The translations under genes were made by a program, and so were the position numbers. Below the pieces are notes generated by a model. The model searched no databases, had not been told where the DNA came from, and saw only the letters and a list, made by a program, of their open reading frames with translations. DNA of 62,969 nt, the filler included, from Octopus bimaculoides (lineage: Eukaryota): the NCBI RefSeq assembly GCF_001194135.2. It is 5 parts of 5 records of this genome, joined end to end, with 100 filler letters (N's around TTAATTAATTAA, not from the genome) between each part and the next. Parts side by side here need not be neighbours in the genome. Positions count along the whole stretch, not along the records: positions 1 to 21,497 come from NC_068982.1; 4 more parts are not named here. One strand, given 5' to 3'. Shown here piece after piece: positions 1 to 13,484 of the stretch. Numbering within the stretch: the first letter of the stretch is position 1; each line of letters opens with the position of its first letter.

Positions 1-2524
1 TATATATATATATATATGTATATATTCTATGCATGAATGTAAGTACGTATGTATGTGTGTATGTATGTATATTTGTACGTATGCATGTATGTATACATAA
101 AATGTCTTCGGATCAAACAGAAAATACTTTGAAATCATTACAATTTTTTACTATTGCTGTCACGCGGCCAAATATTCATGTATTTTTGATAACTACAAAC
201 GTCTTTCGTTCGCTGTATTTCGTTGTAGGCTGGCAAAATCCAATCTACAGCACCAGATTTCTGGTGGAACTATTCCGAGGAAGTTCACCCCGTTACCAAA
301 GTATTTCACGCACCTTTTATCTCTTTCATATCTTCTTCGTTTCTGTTAAAACCACATGCAATCCTATGACGTTTATGCTGCTTTACACATTATTAATACT
401 TCTTCACACACACTCACACGCATACATGCACAAACACATACACACACATCATTCACACACATAATCAAGTGCGCCCGCACACACATACACATAAACAAGC
501 GCACGCACACACACGCACACACACACACACATACACACACACACACACATGACAACTGGTTCAGGCCAGAAAATTCATCTACTCTGATGAATGCCTGAAC
601 CTCAACCGAATCCAAGAACGAACCACAACAGAGAACTACATTCATATGACATAAAAACGGATTTCCTTCAGTTAATTGGTTCACGACATTTCAACACAAC
701 ACAACCACTGGTTCACATACACTACCTTTTTGCTTCCTTTTGTCTTTAACTCATGTCACAAAAGACTTCTTTACTTATCGGAACCAATACCATACAACCA
801 ATTCCATCGAAAGATACCAATGACCATGTTTCTTCTTCCAACACCTTTATTTTATTTCCTCATACTTTCCACAACGCTGTACCCCACCGGGACCATGGAT
901 TGTCAGGAATATTAAGTCAGTAGAAATACCTATAATTTACAGTAAGTTTAAATATGTTTTAAATACTTCTATAGCATTTCACATAATAATGAACAAATTG
1001 ATTAACTCACTGATTTAATTAAAGATGTCTACAGTAATTAAACATCTCTAGAGGTTCCAGAGGTTACGGAGTGAACAACGCTATAATGATGGCGGTGATG
1101 TGGAGGGGCTGTCTTTTTTGGAATTCTTTATCCTCACCACCACCACTACAAATACCGCCATCACTACCAGAACTCCATACCCATGCCTACGTGAGTGAAC
1201 AAAAGAGTCTCCGGGTGATTGTTCCTTCCTCTATAAATGGCAGTCAAATCTCCGTCAAATCACACAGTACTCTCTTTAAGAAAGAAAGATGATGTTTTCG
1301 TTTATCTCTACCTAAATAACAAAAATCACAGGTGAGACAGTCACGGTCGGAACGCCTAAATCATATGTCTGACATATAATGAAACAAAAATAGGATTAAA
1401 CATGGACTACAAGAATACATGTCTTCTCACCCTCCACATCTAAATTAAATAGTCACCGTAACAACCACAACCAAATAACTTGATTCTCTTGGTACAGAAC
1501 TAATACCATATTCATATGTACAGTAAAACCACAATCATAATCATCACACACACACACACAAACACATGAATAAATATCGTTGCCATTACGTTAAACTGTC
1601 GTATGTCCAAATTTGGCCAAATGCGGTTTTTTTTTTTTTTTTTTTTCAATGTTTAATTTTGCTTGCAATAGTCGGTTCTGTCGTGTCTCCAGCTGCTTCA
1701 GATGCCAACATATGAAAACTGTCAAAGTGTAGTACAACGGTATAGCATTTTCCAAAAGCGTAGTAAGCCCCAAATACGACAGATTTGCAAGGAGTTACGA
1801 TTTTATGCGCTCAGCAAAGTTTTATTGTTAAGCGGAAAGTGTTGTTAATGTAAAAAGAAATGGAACGGTAAAACTATTTGTTCGTTTTCTGAAAAAGCAA
1901 CGTTTTGGACTTACGACACTTTTGCATAATAACAACGATATGTGTGTGTGTGGGGGGGGGGCTACGTGTGAATGTTTATGTATGTGCTTGTAGGGGTGGT
2001 AAAATACACTTATAGTGTCTCCATTTCTCACATGCAGGCATACACGCAGACACGAGCGCGCGCACACACACACACTCCTGTTTTCAGCTGCATCCTGTTT
2101 TAATAGGCGCAGCCGTGGATTGACCGCTGCCATATCTAATACTTTCACGAATGTAGTAAACTATTTTCAACATCTCTAACATAGGAGCGAGCCCATCCTC
2201 ATCAGCCATTTTAGGAAACTGGAAAATGGGGAGATAACCCATTTTAAAGGCATGCAGTAAGTGAGTAGAGAAGCTGCTGTGATGATTAGCAATACTAAGT
2301 GCAAATGTGAAGTGCGGAAATATATCTGTGAACCGCCATCTTGATTTCGTACTCATTGACCTCTGAACTTCCATCCTACATTATATTCACTTATCTAATA
2401 CTTAACTTTCATGGTTATCCATACGCACACACCTGCACATACGCCATATCTAAGCGTACAAACATACAGCTTTATTTACATTATTTACAATTGACGGATA
2501 TTTGTCCTCATTTTGTTTGTTGCT

Positions 2525-2570
2525 AACACAACGTTTCAACTGATATACCCTCCAGCCTTCATCAGGTGTC
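2525..2570 (-). ncRNA. Minimal type I hammerhead ribozyme motif (probably in a Penelope-like/retrozyme terminal repeat relic)
   Basis: Minus strand reads GACAC-CTGATGA-A-GGCTG-GAGGGTATAT-CAGTT-GAAA-CGTT-GTGTT. It has core CUGAUGA and GAAA, stem II GGCUG/CAGUU (2 G-U), a palindromic stem III (AACGUU), cleavage triplet GUU and stem I GACAC/GUGUU. There is one extra A after A9. Confidence 0.65.
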
Positions 2571-2607
2571 TTGGGAAAATTTCGAACCTGGGTTCTCATT
2601 CCTAAGG

Positions 2608-3003
2608 TATTATTATTACTATTACTCTTATTATTATTATTTTATGTTTGACTTTTGTTTTGCATTTGTACAAGTTGGATCCAAGTCTCACCCAGAGACC
2701 TCAAGAGACAACAAGTTAGAAGTTCATGTAGGTGTTATGCCTAGGGTACCATATATTTGGATTTGTACAGTTTTGTTCAAGTGAATGTTTAAGAAACCAT
2801 AAGAAAATTATGTTTGCTTTAAAATTTGAGATCACAAAGACAGTATTTTACGTAGGATATGGGCAGTTCCCATGAGCACTATCTTTTGAACTTCAGCCAT
2901 TTTGGGGTTTCCTGGAATCTGATCTAGGTAGTAATCAGCCCGTTTCGCTGTCATTCCCAGGGCACCTATGACAATAGGTATTGTTTTCGTCTTCAGATTC
3001 CAC

Positions 3004-3007
<4 letters not shown>
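2608..3007 (-). mobile_element. 5'-truncated R4/Dong-clade RLE non-LTR retrotransposon: ORF C-terminus, 3'UTR and (TAA)n tail
   Basis: 3005-2832 translates stop-free to MWNLKTKTIPIVIGALGMTAKRADYYLDQIPGNPKMAEVQKIVLMGTAHILRKILSL*, matching the IP(I/V)VIGALG...LQK..LLGTA.ILR C-terminus of R4/Dong/Rex6 elements. A ~190-nt 3'UTR follows and ends CAAACATAAAATAATAATAA. (TAA)n lies on both sides. Confidence 0.85.
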
Positions 3008-3061
<54 letters not shown>

Positions 3062-3103
3062 AGTGTATTTATACTACTAATTCTTGTTGTCGTAATAAAT
3101 ATT

Positions 3104-3288
3104 TGTTTCAAATTTTGGCACAAGGCCAGCAATTTCAGGAGCGGGGATAAGTCGACTACATTGACTCCAGTGCTCGTCTGGTACATATTTTATCAACCTC
3201 GAAAGGATGAAAGGTCGGCGGAATTTGAATTGTGGATGTAAAGACGGATACAATGCCGCTAAGCGTTTTTCCAACAGCTCGCCGCCTT
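3104..3288 (-). mobile_element. tRNA-derived SINE, family A (tail variant GGCCTTGTGCCAAAATTTGAAAC)
   Basis: Head AAGGCGGCGAGCTG and core CCTTTCATCCTTTCGAGGTTGATAAAATATGTACCAG are shared with over 15 other copies in the window. Confidence 0.85.
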
Positions 3289-4369
3289 GTAAAGAATATT
3301 AAAACGTCAGCTTGGGTTTGACTTTCAGGGTTAAAACGTAACTCAACATTATGTATTGACTGCTTTATTCAGTTAATTTTAGATGTTTTAATATAACTTG
3401 AAACACCTGCATTAATAAATACGGTCCTCTCTGAAGTAGAACAATTTTTTAAGATGCGGAATAAAACTATGCAGCATTGAGCAAATAAAACTGCAAAAAT
3501 CATGAATGAATTTTTCTATCTAAAGCATCTTGATGCTTTCATCTGAAATATATCTGGAATGTCTACTGCACAAGACCGAAAATTTGAAGAAAAAAAAAAA
3601 TGGGTGGCGGTGATAAGGTGGGGAATTTAATTCTTTAGGGAAAAAAACACTTGTCTAAAGTTATAAACAGAAAGAAATATGATTCCAGAACAGTAAAAAT
3701 GAGCTCCACCTTATAATAGAAAAGAATCAAAATTTATCAATATTTTATGATGAAGAAATAATCATATTCAGTGGAACACACAGAGAAAATTCCCTCACTT
3801 CTCCTAAAGAAACCTACATCCTCATTCCAGTAAATAATGTAGTTCTTATGTTATTTATAAAGGGACACCCCACTTCGAAAGATCCCCTTGGGAACTTATG
3901 CAACAATTTCTGTGCGCCTTCCGTGCTTCAAAGCACTGCAAAAGCCCTCTTCTCAGTATCTCATACACAACTCAAAATTTCGTTTTAGTTTTATCTACTG
4001 CCTAAAATTGTCCTTTTGGTTTCTATTTTAACAGTAACGCAGTGCATCGTCGGGTTTTTTCGTGAGAATCTGCTATCAGCCTTCACCAGTGATTTCAGTC
4101 ATGTGAATACATAAGATGGAGTATTGAACGACAGTCGTGATGCTTGTCCTCTGTTTGCCTATCTGTCTGCCTGTCTCAGTTGGTGTCTAGCCGTCTGCCT
4201 GTTTATCTGACCTCGCTTTATTTATTTATTTGTTTATTTTCCTCCATGGGCTGCAAGTTTTCTTCATTTTAAGCCATAAAAGTCTATCTATCTGTCTCTA
4301 TTTATCCTTAACCATTTTATCTGGTTATTTTCTTGCTTACCCTCCTCCTTTTCTCTCTGTGTGTGTATG

Positions 4370-4421
<52 letters not shown>

Positions 4422-4850
4422 CACATAAATCTATATCATTTCCTCTCCCTCTTTCTACCTCTCACTATTTTTTCTTTTTCACATTTCCTTATCCCTTTAA
4501 ATTCTTCACCTTCTNNNNNNNNNNNNNNNNNNNNNNNNNNNNNNNNNNNNNNNNNNNNNNNNNNNNNNNNNNNNNNNNNNNNNNNNNNNNNNNNNNNNNN
4601 NNNNNNNNNNNNNNNNNNNNNNNNNNNNNNNNNNNNNNNNNNNNNNNNNNNNNNNNNNNNNNNNNNNNNNNNNNNNNNNNNNNNNNNNNNNNNNNNNNNN
4701 NNNNNNNNNNNNNNNNNNNNNNNNNNNNNNNNNNNNNNNNNNNNNNNNNNNNNNNNNNNNNNNNNNNNNNNNNNNNNNNNNNNNNNNNNNNNNNNNNNNN
4801 NNNNNNNNNNNNNNNNNNNNNNNNNNNNNNNNNNNNNNNNNNNNNNNNNN

Positions 4851-4955
4851 ACCTCAAAATTTAATTTACAACGCCAACAGCCCCATCACCCAACCACTAC
4901 CACCAACATCACCACCACCACCACCACCACAACAACAACAACAACAACAACAACA

Positions 4956-5002
<47 letters not shown>

Positions 5003-5683
5003 ACAGACGACGACAACAGCAACCACTATTGCAGCTATAACAACAGTAACAGTAACAGCAATAACAACTATGACTGTAACTACAACAATAACAACAACAA
5101 TAATAACAACAACAATAACAGCTACAATAATATAATTACCTTCTTCCATTTTAGCATCGCCGCCCCCGCTCCCCATAGTCACCACCCTCATCACCATAAA
5201 ACTTCATCTCCGTAACGTCTGCCGATGCCACTACACACGTCGCCGCAACCGCCCCCAACACTACCATGTCTATAACCACCACTGCAACCACCTCCACAGC
5301 CGCAACTACAATCACCATCACAGCCACCACCATAACGACACCTGCGGCTATAAACACCACCAACACCAACAACACCACCAACTCCACCACCCTACCAGCA
5401 GCAGCAGCAACAATAACAGCAACAACAACAACAACACCACCATCATCATCAACGTCGTCACACCTGTCGACACAGCTACCACTAACATCATCGTTGCCGC
5501 TATCGCAATATTCGTTATTACGATGACATCCGCCGCTGCAAGCACCACTGTAAACAACGCCACCTGCATTAACTGCCAACCATTACCACCATCACCACTA
5601 CTACCACCACCACCACCACATCTACCTTGAAAACCACCACCGAGGCATATATATCCCGCCTCTACAACACCCAGACATAACTG

Positions 5684-5715
<32 letters not shown>

Positions 5716-5791
5716 TTCATCATCATCATCGTCATCGTCATAATCGTAATCCTCCTCATCCACCACCGCCTCCTCCTCCTCCTCCTCCTCC

Positions 5792-5831
<40 letters not shown>

Positions 5832-6060
5832 TATCATCATTATCATCATCATCATCATCATCGTCATTCTCTTCCTCCTCTGGTAGGCAATAAAAAAATC
5901 ATGGTCATTATACTCGTTACCGCAAGCAATACTATCAGCAGCAGCATTATAACTTCCACCAAGTCCACTTCGACCATCATTTTCATCATCATCATCATCA
6001 TCGTCATCTCTCCGCTACAATCACCAACATCCTCACCATCATTACACACTTTGCCATGAT
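4851..6060. repeat. Compound/degenerate trinucleotide microsatellite tract (ACC, AAC, ACT, ACG, AGC, ATC, CCT)
   Basis: Direct reading; pure runs grade into one another in a constant 3-nt phase. Confidence 0.95.
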
Positions 6061-7266
6061 CAAAACCACGTCCAATACCACAGCTATCCGTAACACCATA
6101 ACTATACCCATCGACACAGCCACTAGAAGTAGGGCCACTAACGGCATGGTCCCCAGAGGCAGTCTCTTCGGAGGTTTTCCACTGCCTAAAAATAGTGCTT
6201 CAAAAGGTGAAAGAAGCCATTGAATAATATAGGGTTAGATGAACTATGTGTGAAAAGATGGGATGGTTACGGCAGGAATAGCTTTGATCATAGGTCTGGT
6301 TGATCAGGTCTGACCTAGGGTCAAACATTGATATCCTACACAGTTATTACTATTGCAACCAAAACATTGTATTTTCCCTTTTTTAGCTCATCTGACCAGA
6401 CTCACTATTTCAGACTGACACAAGACAGCAAGGTCTTGTGTCAGTCTGAAATAGAAGAAATAGCTATACCCACTCCAAATCACAACTTATCTTCAAGAAA
6501 AAGAAAAACAAAACAAAGTAAAAAAAAGTCAAAAGAAAATGCACATCAGATAATGTATTCGTCAAATCTCTTGAATGGTCACGGCTGGAAAGCCATTGGT
6601 CTTCGATCTCCTCAGTCAGATTAATTTGAGTCTAAGCAATAACAGTGATAAATATCAACCAAGCCCACTTCCGTTAAATATCTCTTAATAAGCAGATTCC
6701 AGCGTCTCTGAAATGGCGACCATGTGTCTCCAATTATCTGTTTTAGGGTTTTAAGTTGATTCAGAATTAAAATATTTTTCTTTGCTGTCGAACTAAAATC
6801 ACAAGTGAGTTCCATTCGTGTCCAGATTGTTCAACAAATCCAGGACNNNNNNNNNNNNNNNNNNNNNNNNNNNNNNNNNNNNNNNNNNNNNNNNNNNNNN
6901 NNNNNNNNNNNNNNNNNNNNNNNNNNNNNNNNNNNNNNNNNNNNNNNNNNNNNNNNNNNNNNNNNNNNNNNNNNNNNNNNNNNNNNNNNNNNNNNNNNNN
7001 NNNNNNNNNNNNNNNNNNNNNNNNNNNNNNNNNNNNNNNNNNNNNNNNNNNNNNNNNNNNNNNNNNNNNNNNNNNNNNNNNNNNNNNNNNNNNNNNNNNN
7101 NNNNNNNNNNNNNNNNNNNNNNNNNNNNNNNNNNNNNNNNNNNNNNNNNNNNNNNNNNNNNNNNNNNNNNNNNNNNNNNNNNNNNNNNNNNNNNNNNNNN
7201 NNNNNNNNNNNNNNNNNNNNNNNNNNNNNNNNNNNNNNNNNNNNNNNNNNNNNNNCCACCACCACC

Positions 7267-7330
<64 letters not shown>

Positions 7331-8315
7331 TAAATTAACAATTTGTATATCATACTCATCCAAACGAGCTACGAAAGAAACATCTACCTAGTCGCCCGAC
7401 CTGCCAGAAATAGCACCCAAAGTTCTCTTAAATTATACCCGGTTATCTAAAAAATCCGATGTCGGGATAATTCATTGCTTGGCTTAGTTTTAGATAGACG
7501 TTGCTTTAAGAGGACTTAAACAGTTTTTACGATAACCCGGCTCAATCAAAACCATCAAGAGCTAAATAACAAACCCTTCAAATACCCTACCTCATCATTT
7601 TTGCACTTCTTCTCATTTTACGTTTTGTATCTCAGAGTTATGGGAACGGTATTTGTCCCGGTTCCAGGCTTTCTGACTTCAAATACCAACAAGGCCAACT
7701 TTAGCTTCCATACATATATGTCTGTGGAATACTCGGTCACTTACACATTAATTCAGGGACAGGTAATTCAGTTGACGAGTTAGTTAACTTTCATCGAAAA
7801 TTCATGAAAAATTGTTTAAAGTAAACAATTACACGGTACCAGTTGACCCCGCAAGGTGAACTGAACAGAAACATCTTCATATCAATTACTGGTAGAGACA
7901 CCGTATTTCGTAATGGAACAGTAATATACTACCAAGTATTTTAAAGGCTTATAAATCTTTAATTGTTGTAGTGCTGAAGAAGGAGCAAGAATCCTGAGAT
8001 ATGTATACACACGCATTACCTATTTTTCTATCTTCGATCGCATAGTTTAAGTAGACATATTCGTGCACGAAACGTCGCCATAAATCAGTGCTGGATAAAA
8101 ATTTCTATTGAAAATCTGTAGAGATAACTTTAAAAGTGACAAATATCTTCAATGCAAACAGAAGACTAACTTCTGGAGATGACCAATGAGAAACTGAGGT
8201 CAGGTTTTCTATGATATGTAAGTTTGATTGGAAGTGGTTACAACAAATATGATATCTTGTAAAAGACATTACAATAAGATTTGGAACCTTATGTCTCTGA
8301 GAGTATAAAAGTAAA

Positions 8316-9010
8316 AGGGATTTCATAAAAATCAAACCTAAACACTTGTCTCCACTAACACCTGGTAATTCCTTCTCTGAAATAGAAGGGATTTCATAAA
8401 AATCAAACCTAAACACTTGTCTCCACTAACACCTGGTAATTCCTTCTCTGAAATAGAAGGGATTTCATAAAAATCAAACCTAAACACTTGTCTCCACTAA
8501 CACCNNNNNNNNNNNNNNNNNNNNNNNNNNNNNNNNNNNNNNNNNNNNNNNNNNNNNNNNNNNNNNNNNNNNNNNNNNNNNNNNNNNNNNNNNNNNNNNN
8601 NNNNNNNNNNNNNNNNNNNNNNNNNNNNNNNNNNNNNNNNNNNNNNNNNNNNNNNNNNNNNNNNNNNNNNNNNNNNNNNNNNNNNNNNNNNNNNNNNNNN
8701 NNNNNNNNNNNNNNNNNNNNNNNNNNNNNNNNNNNNNNNNNNNNNNNNNNNNNNNNNNNNNNNNNNNNNNNNNNNNNNNNNNNNNNNNNNNNNNNNNNNN
8801 NNNNNNNNNNNNNNNNNNNNNNNNNNNNNNNNNNNNNNNNNNNNNNNNNNNNNNNAAGGGATTTCATAAAAATCAAACCTAAACACTTGTCTCCACTAAC
8901 ACCTGGTAATTCCTTCTCTGAAATAGAAGGGATTTCATAAAAATCAAACCTAAACACTTGTCTCCACTAACACCTGGATTAAAGAACAGTAATTCCTTCT
9001 CTGAAATAGA
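8316..9010 (+). repeat. 71-bp tandem repeat (minisatellite) spanning an N gap
   Basis: Unit AGGGATTTCATAAAAATCAAACCTAAACACTTGTCTCCACTAACACCTGGTAATTCCTTCTCTGAAATAGA starts at 8316, 8387, 8458, 8857 and 8928. The last unit carries an extra ATTAAAGAACA-type segment. Confidence 0.95.
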
Positions 9011-11020
9011 CACAACCGTTACCGTTTTGCTGCGGAAATCAGATATATCCACTCAAAATTCGTTACGCGTAAGTACGAAAGGCAATTTTATATAGCAATA
9101 TGTCTTTTGATGAGGAATGTTATGTTTGAAACTATTTTTGACATGCTTCGGCCGCTGTAAAAATGAATATTACATCGCGGAATTAATACTGCCTTTGTCG
9201 CTAATATGTATTTTTTAACAAGATCACTGGCTAATTGCGATACCAACACCCTTTTTTTTTCAGGACATATGTTTAGTTTGGTTCACTTCTCCTTCTATAT
9301 TCCTGCTTAAATAACAATCAATATTAATTTAGGAATTCTCTCTGTTGCATCACTTTTCAAGAATTGCTGTTAACACTAGAATGTTAGCCGTCATATGACA
9401 GGTAACTTTGAAAGTATACTTTTGCCACCGATGGTAATATCAGGAAATATATTATACATACAATAATTATAATTGAACTTTTATCAAATATATTGCTGCT
9501 TACACAAAACGATGAGATGAATATTAATTTTCAACTGAAAATATTTTCATCCTGAAATAAATTTAAATTGGACAAATTTCTAATTTCTATAACTCCCCTA
9601 ATAATTAATAGGTCACTTTTTTCCTCCTTCTTCCTTCTCTGTCTCAATGATTCTCTTTCATTGACTCTATGTTTGTGTATGATGTTCCGTTGTTCATTAC
9701 CGGCCATCAAGACTAGAATGCGTACTCATCTTTTAATCCTTGTCTCTATCGTCTGTGTAATTCTTTTGTATTCTCTTTCCCTCTTTCTATATTCGATAGA
9801 AAGTTTTGCTGGCGAAATGAACCAACCAATAAATATCTCAGTCATTAAAGATTAAAATATTTCTTTTATCTCACTGCGGGTGTAGTGTTTTCTTATAACT
9901 TTCTCATCCGGTATGTTAATTTACACTTAACATATATACCAGCTTATCATACTAACAGGACCTTTTTTACTATAACAATATAACTCTTTTATTACTGGAG
10001 AATATTGTTCAATACTAAGGACAAACAGCGAAATATTATTTAACTTACATCTCTATTTTCTTAAAAATGAAGTAAATAATTATACATCTCTAATATATAA
10101 TTCACCCATAAAACAATGCTACAAGAAACATTTTCTTTAAGAAGTGTCCAAAAGTGAGTACCAGCTGTACTCCCAGATGGCTTAATATAACACAAAAGCC
10201 AACAGAATTAACAAGGGCCAACTGTGTATTCATAAACGCGAATGCATGACCAGTCAATCAGTCATACAAAGAGGAGGCGTTAATGTACGAAACACAAGTC
10301 AACTCTCCTCATACTAATCACACCATGGAATGTTATATATTACACGCTACAGTCATGTTCGTACTTTATTTTTGTTCATTGAAATTCATTTACGGTGTGT
10401 GTGTGTTTGTGTGTGTGTTGTGTGGGTGTGGTGTGTGTGTTGTGTATGTGTTGTGTGTATATTGTGTGTGTTGTGCGTGTGTGTTGTGCGTGTGTGTGTT
10501 GTGTGTGTGTGTGTAGATAGATATCCCTATATATATACATATATATAAATAAATATAAATATGTATATATATATATGTATATATATATATANNNNNNNNN
10601 NNNNNNNNNNNNNNNNNNNNNNNNNNNNNNNNNNNNNNNNNNNNNNNNNNNNNNNNNNNNNNNNNNNNNNNNNNNNNNNNNNNNNNNNNNNNNNNNNNNN
10701 NNNNNNNNNNNNNNNNNNNNNNNNNNNNNNNNNNNNNNNNNNNNNNNNNNNNNNNNNNNNNNNNNNNNNNNNNNNNNNNNNNNNNNNNNNNNNNNNNNNN
10801 NNNNNNNNNNNNNNNNNNNNNNNNNNNNNNNNNNNNNNNNNNNNNNNNNNNNNNNNNNNNNNNNNNNNNNNNNNNNNNNNNNNNNNNNNNNNNNNNNNNN
10901 NNNNNNNNNNNNNNNNNNNNNNNNNNNNNNNNNNNNNNNNNNNNNNNNNNNNNNNNNNNNNNNNNNNNNNNNNNNNNNNNNNNNNNNNNNNNNNNNNNNN
11001 NNNNNNNNNNNNNNNNNNNN

Positions 11021-11070
<50 letters not shown>

Positions 11071-11753
11071 CATATATGTATATATATTTGCATATATGTT
11101 TGAATGTATGTCTCTACATGAAAATAAATTTATATATATGTATACACATATTTACGCATAATTACATATGTATATATGTATGTGTTAATATATGTATATT
11201 TGTTCAACCACTGTTAGCTTCTACTCATTCTCCACTCTCACTAACTTTCACTGTTCCTCTCTCTCTCTCTGTCTCTCTCTCTCTCTCTATCTCTTTCTAT
11301 CTCTCTCTCTCTCTCTCTCTCTCACATACACTGTCCCTTTCTCCGCATGTCTCTCTCTCTCTCTCTCCCTCTCCCCTTGTCTCTTTCTCGCCCTCAATGT
11401 GTCTTTCTAGGGGTGTTTGTGTATATTTATTTCCCCGAATTAACACTTTCATGCAAAGCCAACAGGAATACCAATTTCCTCCGATATCATCGCTGCATCT
11501 ATTAGTCACACGATCACACCGTCACACCATCCTTGCGTCTCTCCGTCCCTCCGTCGTTTCTGGTAACACCATCTCCTCCACTCGCTGCACACTTACATTA
11601 GCACTCAACCTGCGCTAGTTGCACTAACTCTGACACTGTCCTCGCCCTCCGACCCCCACTCACACCATCTGATGGCCAAGTCTAGCAGCACATAATGGAA
11701 GATACATGATGTGACACCTTGCTAGATATGAATTTAAGTATATATTAAGAACG

Positions 11754-11788
<35 letters not shown>

Positions 11789-12481
11789 ACACACAAACAA
11801 ACAAAAAACACACAATAACACACACACTAGCACATGCACGCACGCGCATACACACACTCAAAGCACACACACGAACACACACATATGCATGCAGTTGAAT
11901 TCATACACTCTCACACACTTGTGTATGTTTATATATATATATATATNNNNNNNNNNNNNNNNNNNNNNNNNNNNNNNNNNNNNNNNNNNNNNNNNNNNNN
12001 NNNNNNNNNNNNNNNNNNNNNNNNNNNNNNNNNNNNNNNNNNNNNNNNNNNNNNNNNNNNNNNNNNNNNNNNNNNNNNNNNNNNNNNNNNNNNNNNNNNN
12101 NNNNNNNNNNNNNNNNNNNNNNNNNNNNNNNNNNNNNNNNNNNNNNNNNNNNNNNNNNNNNNNNNNNNNNNNNNNNNNNNNNNNNNNNNNNNNNNNNNNN
12201 NNNNNNNNNNNNNNNNNNNNNNNNNNNNNNNNNNNNNNNNNNNNNNNNNNNNNNNNNNNNNNNNNNNNNNNNNNNNNNNNNNNNNNNNNNNNNNNNNNNN
12301 NNNNNNNNNNNNNNNNNNNNNNNNNNNNNNNNNNNNNTATTTATATACTCTTATATGAATGCAAAACACATATACATACGCAAATGCATATATAGGTACG
12401 AACATACATGCAAACACACATGCATGCATATAAACATACGTACATTAATACATACATACATACATGCATACATACATGCAC

Positions 12482-12512
<31 letters not shown>

Positions 12513-13484
12513 CAAATAAATGCACACATACATACATACATACATACATACATACATACATACATAATACATATAAACAGACATATAGGCATACATGCAT
12601 ACATACATACATACATACATACATACATACATACATACATACATACATTGATATGATATTCCACATTGCCTCTGCAGTAAAAGTACCGATAGCAATCTTT
12701 GAGATCCTTGACTGCTCTGAATAGGAAATCGACTTCATAGACATCTAAGATCAGGAAAAAAGAGAGTTTACGATGGGCGACTTCTAAACTAACAGTTTCT
12801 CTCCCCAGCTATACGCACACGTCTATATCAATAATCGCTAATGCCATTCTTCTTACTGATTTCATGGTACGTAAGATACATGTTTTGGTCCAGAAGTTGT
12901 CTTAAAAAATACCCCGGGTCCTATACATGAAGTTTGGCTAATTTTATCAAACTAATTTTGTGAAACTAATAAACTAATTTTGTCCCTGACGCTCACTTCT
13001 TCCTAAATATGCGCTGCTAAAATAGTGATTCGTTTAATATACTCATGCGTCATTTATTCATCAAATACGACAAGGTAGAAAAGTTCGGGTTTTCAGGTGA
13101 AGAAAGTGACTAGCATTGCATTCCTTTCCTTTTACATGCAGAGTCTTAAGGAACAGACAGAGACATCAGCTTTTCAGATCCTCCAGAACACTAAGGACTC
13201 AGTGGTGGGTTCGATGCTTTAAATGTTTAGTTTTAAATGTTGCACATCAGCACCCGCAAGAAAGACAACTGCGCAAAAATTTCCAGGAGAGAGAGAGAGA
13301 GTCAATACTCCACAGTAAAACGACAGAACATAGTGCGAGACTCGATGACGGTTGAATATGTCAAAGATAACAAGAAGTGGAAGGCAGAATTCTACAAATA
13401 CAACCAGTAGGTGGAACATTAAAACAAGCAAAACATTTCTAAAATTAAACCTGTGATATATTTATTCTTTTATTATTTTTATTC

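Noticed and set aside
5266-5526. Thr/Ala-rich mucin-like ORF
   Set aside because: Lies wholly within a degenerate trinucleotide tract with no signal peptide or splice context.
8107-8340. Plus-strand frame interrupted only by TGA codons (possible NUMT or recoding)
   Set aside because: The mitochondrial-code translation resembles no mitochondrial protein I recognise; consistent with chance.
8316-9010. 71-bp repeat or the SINE arrays as CRISPR-like arrays
   Set aside because: No unique spacers, eukaryotic context and no cas genes.
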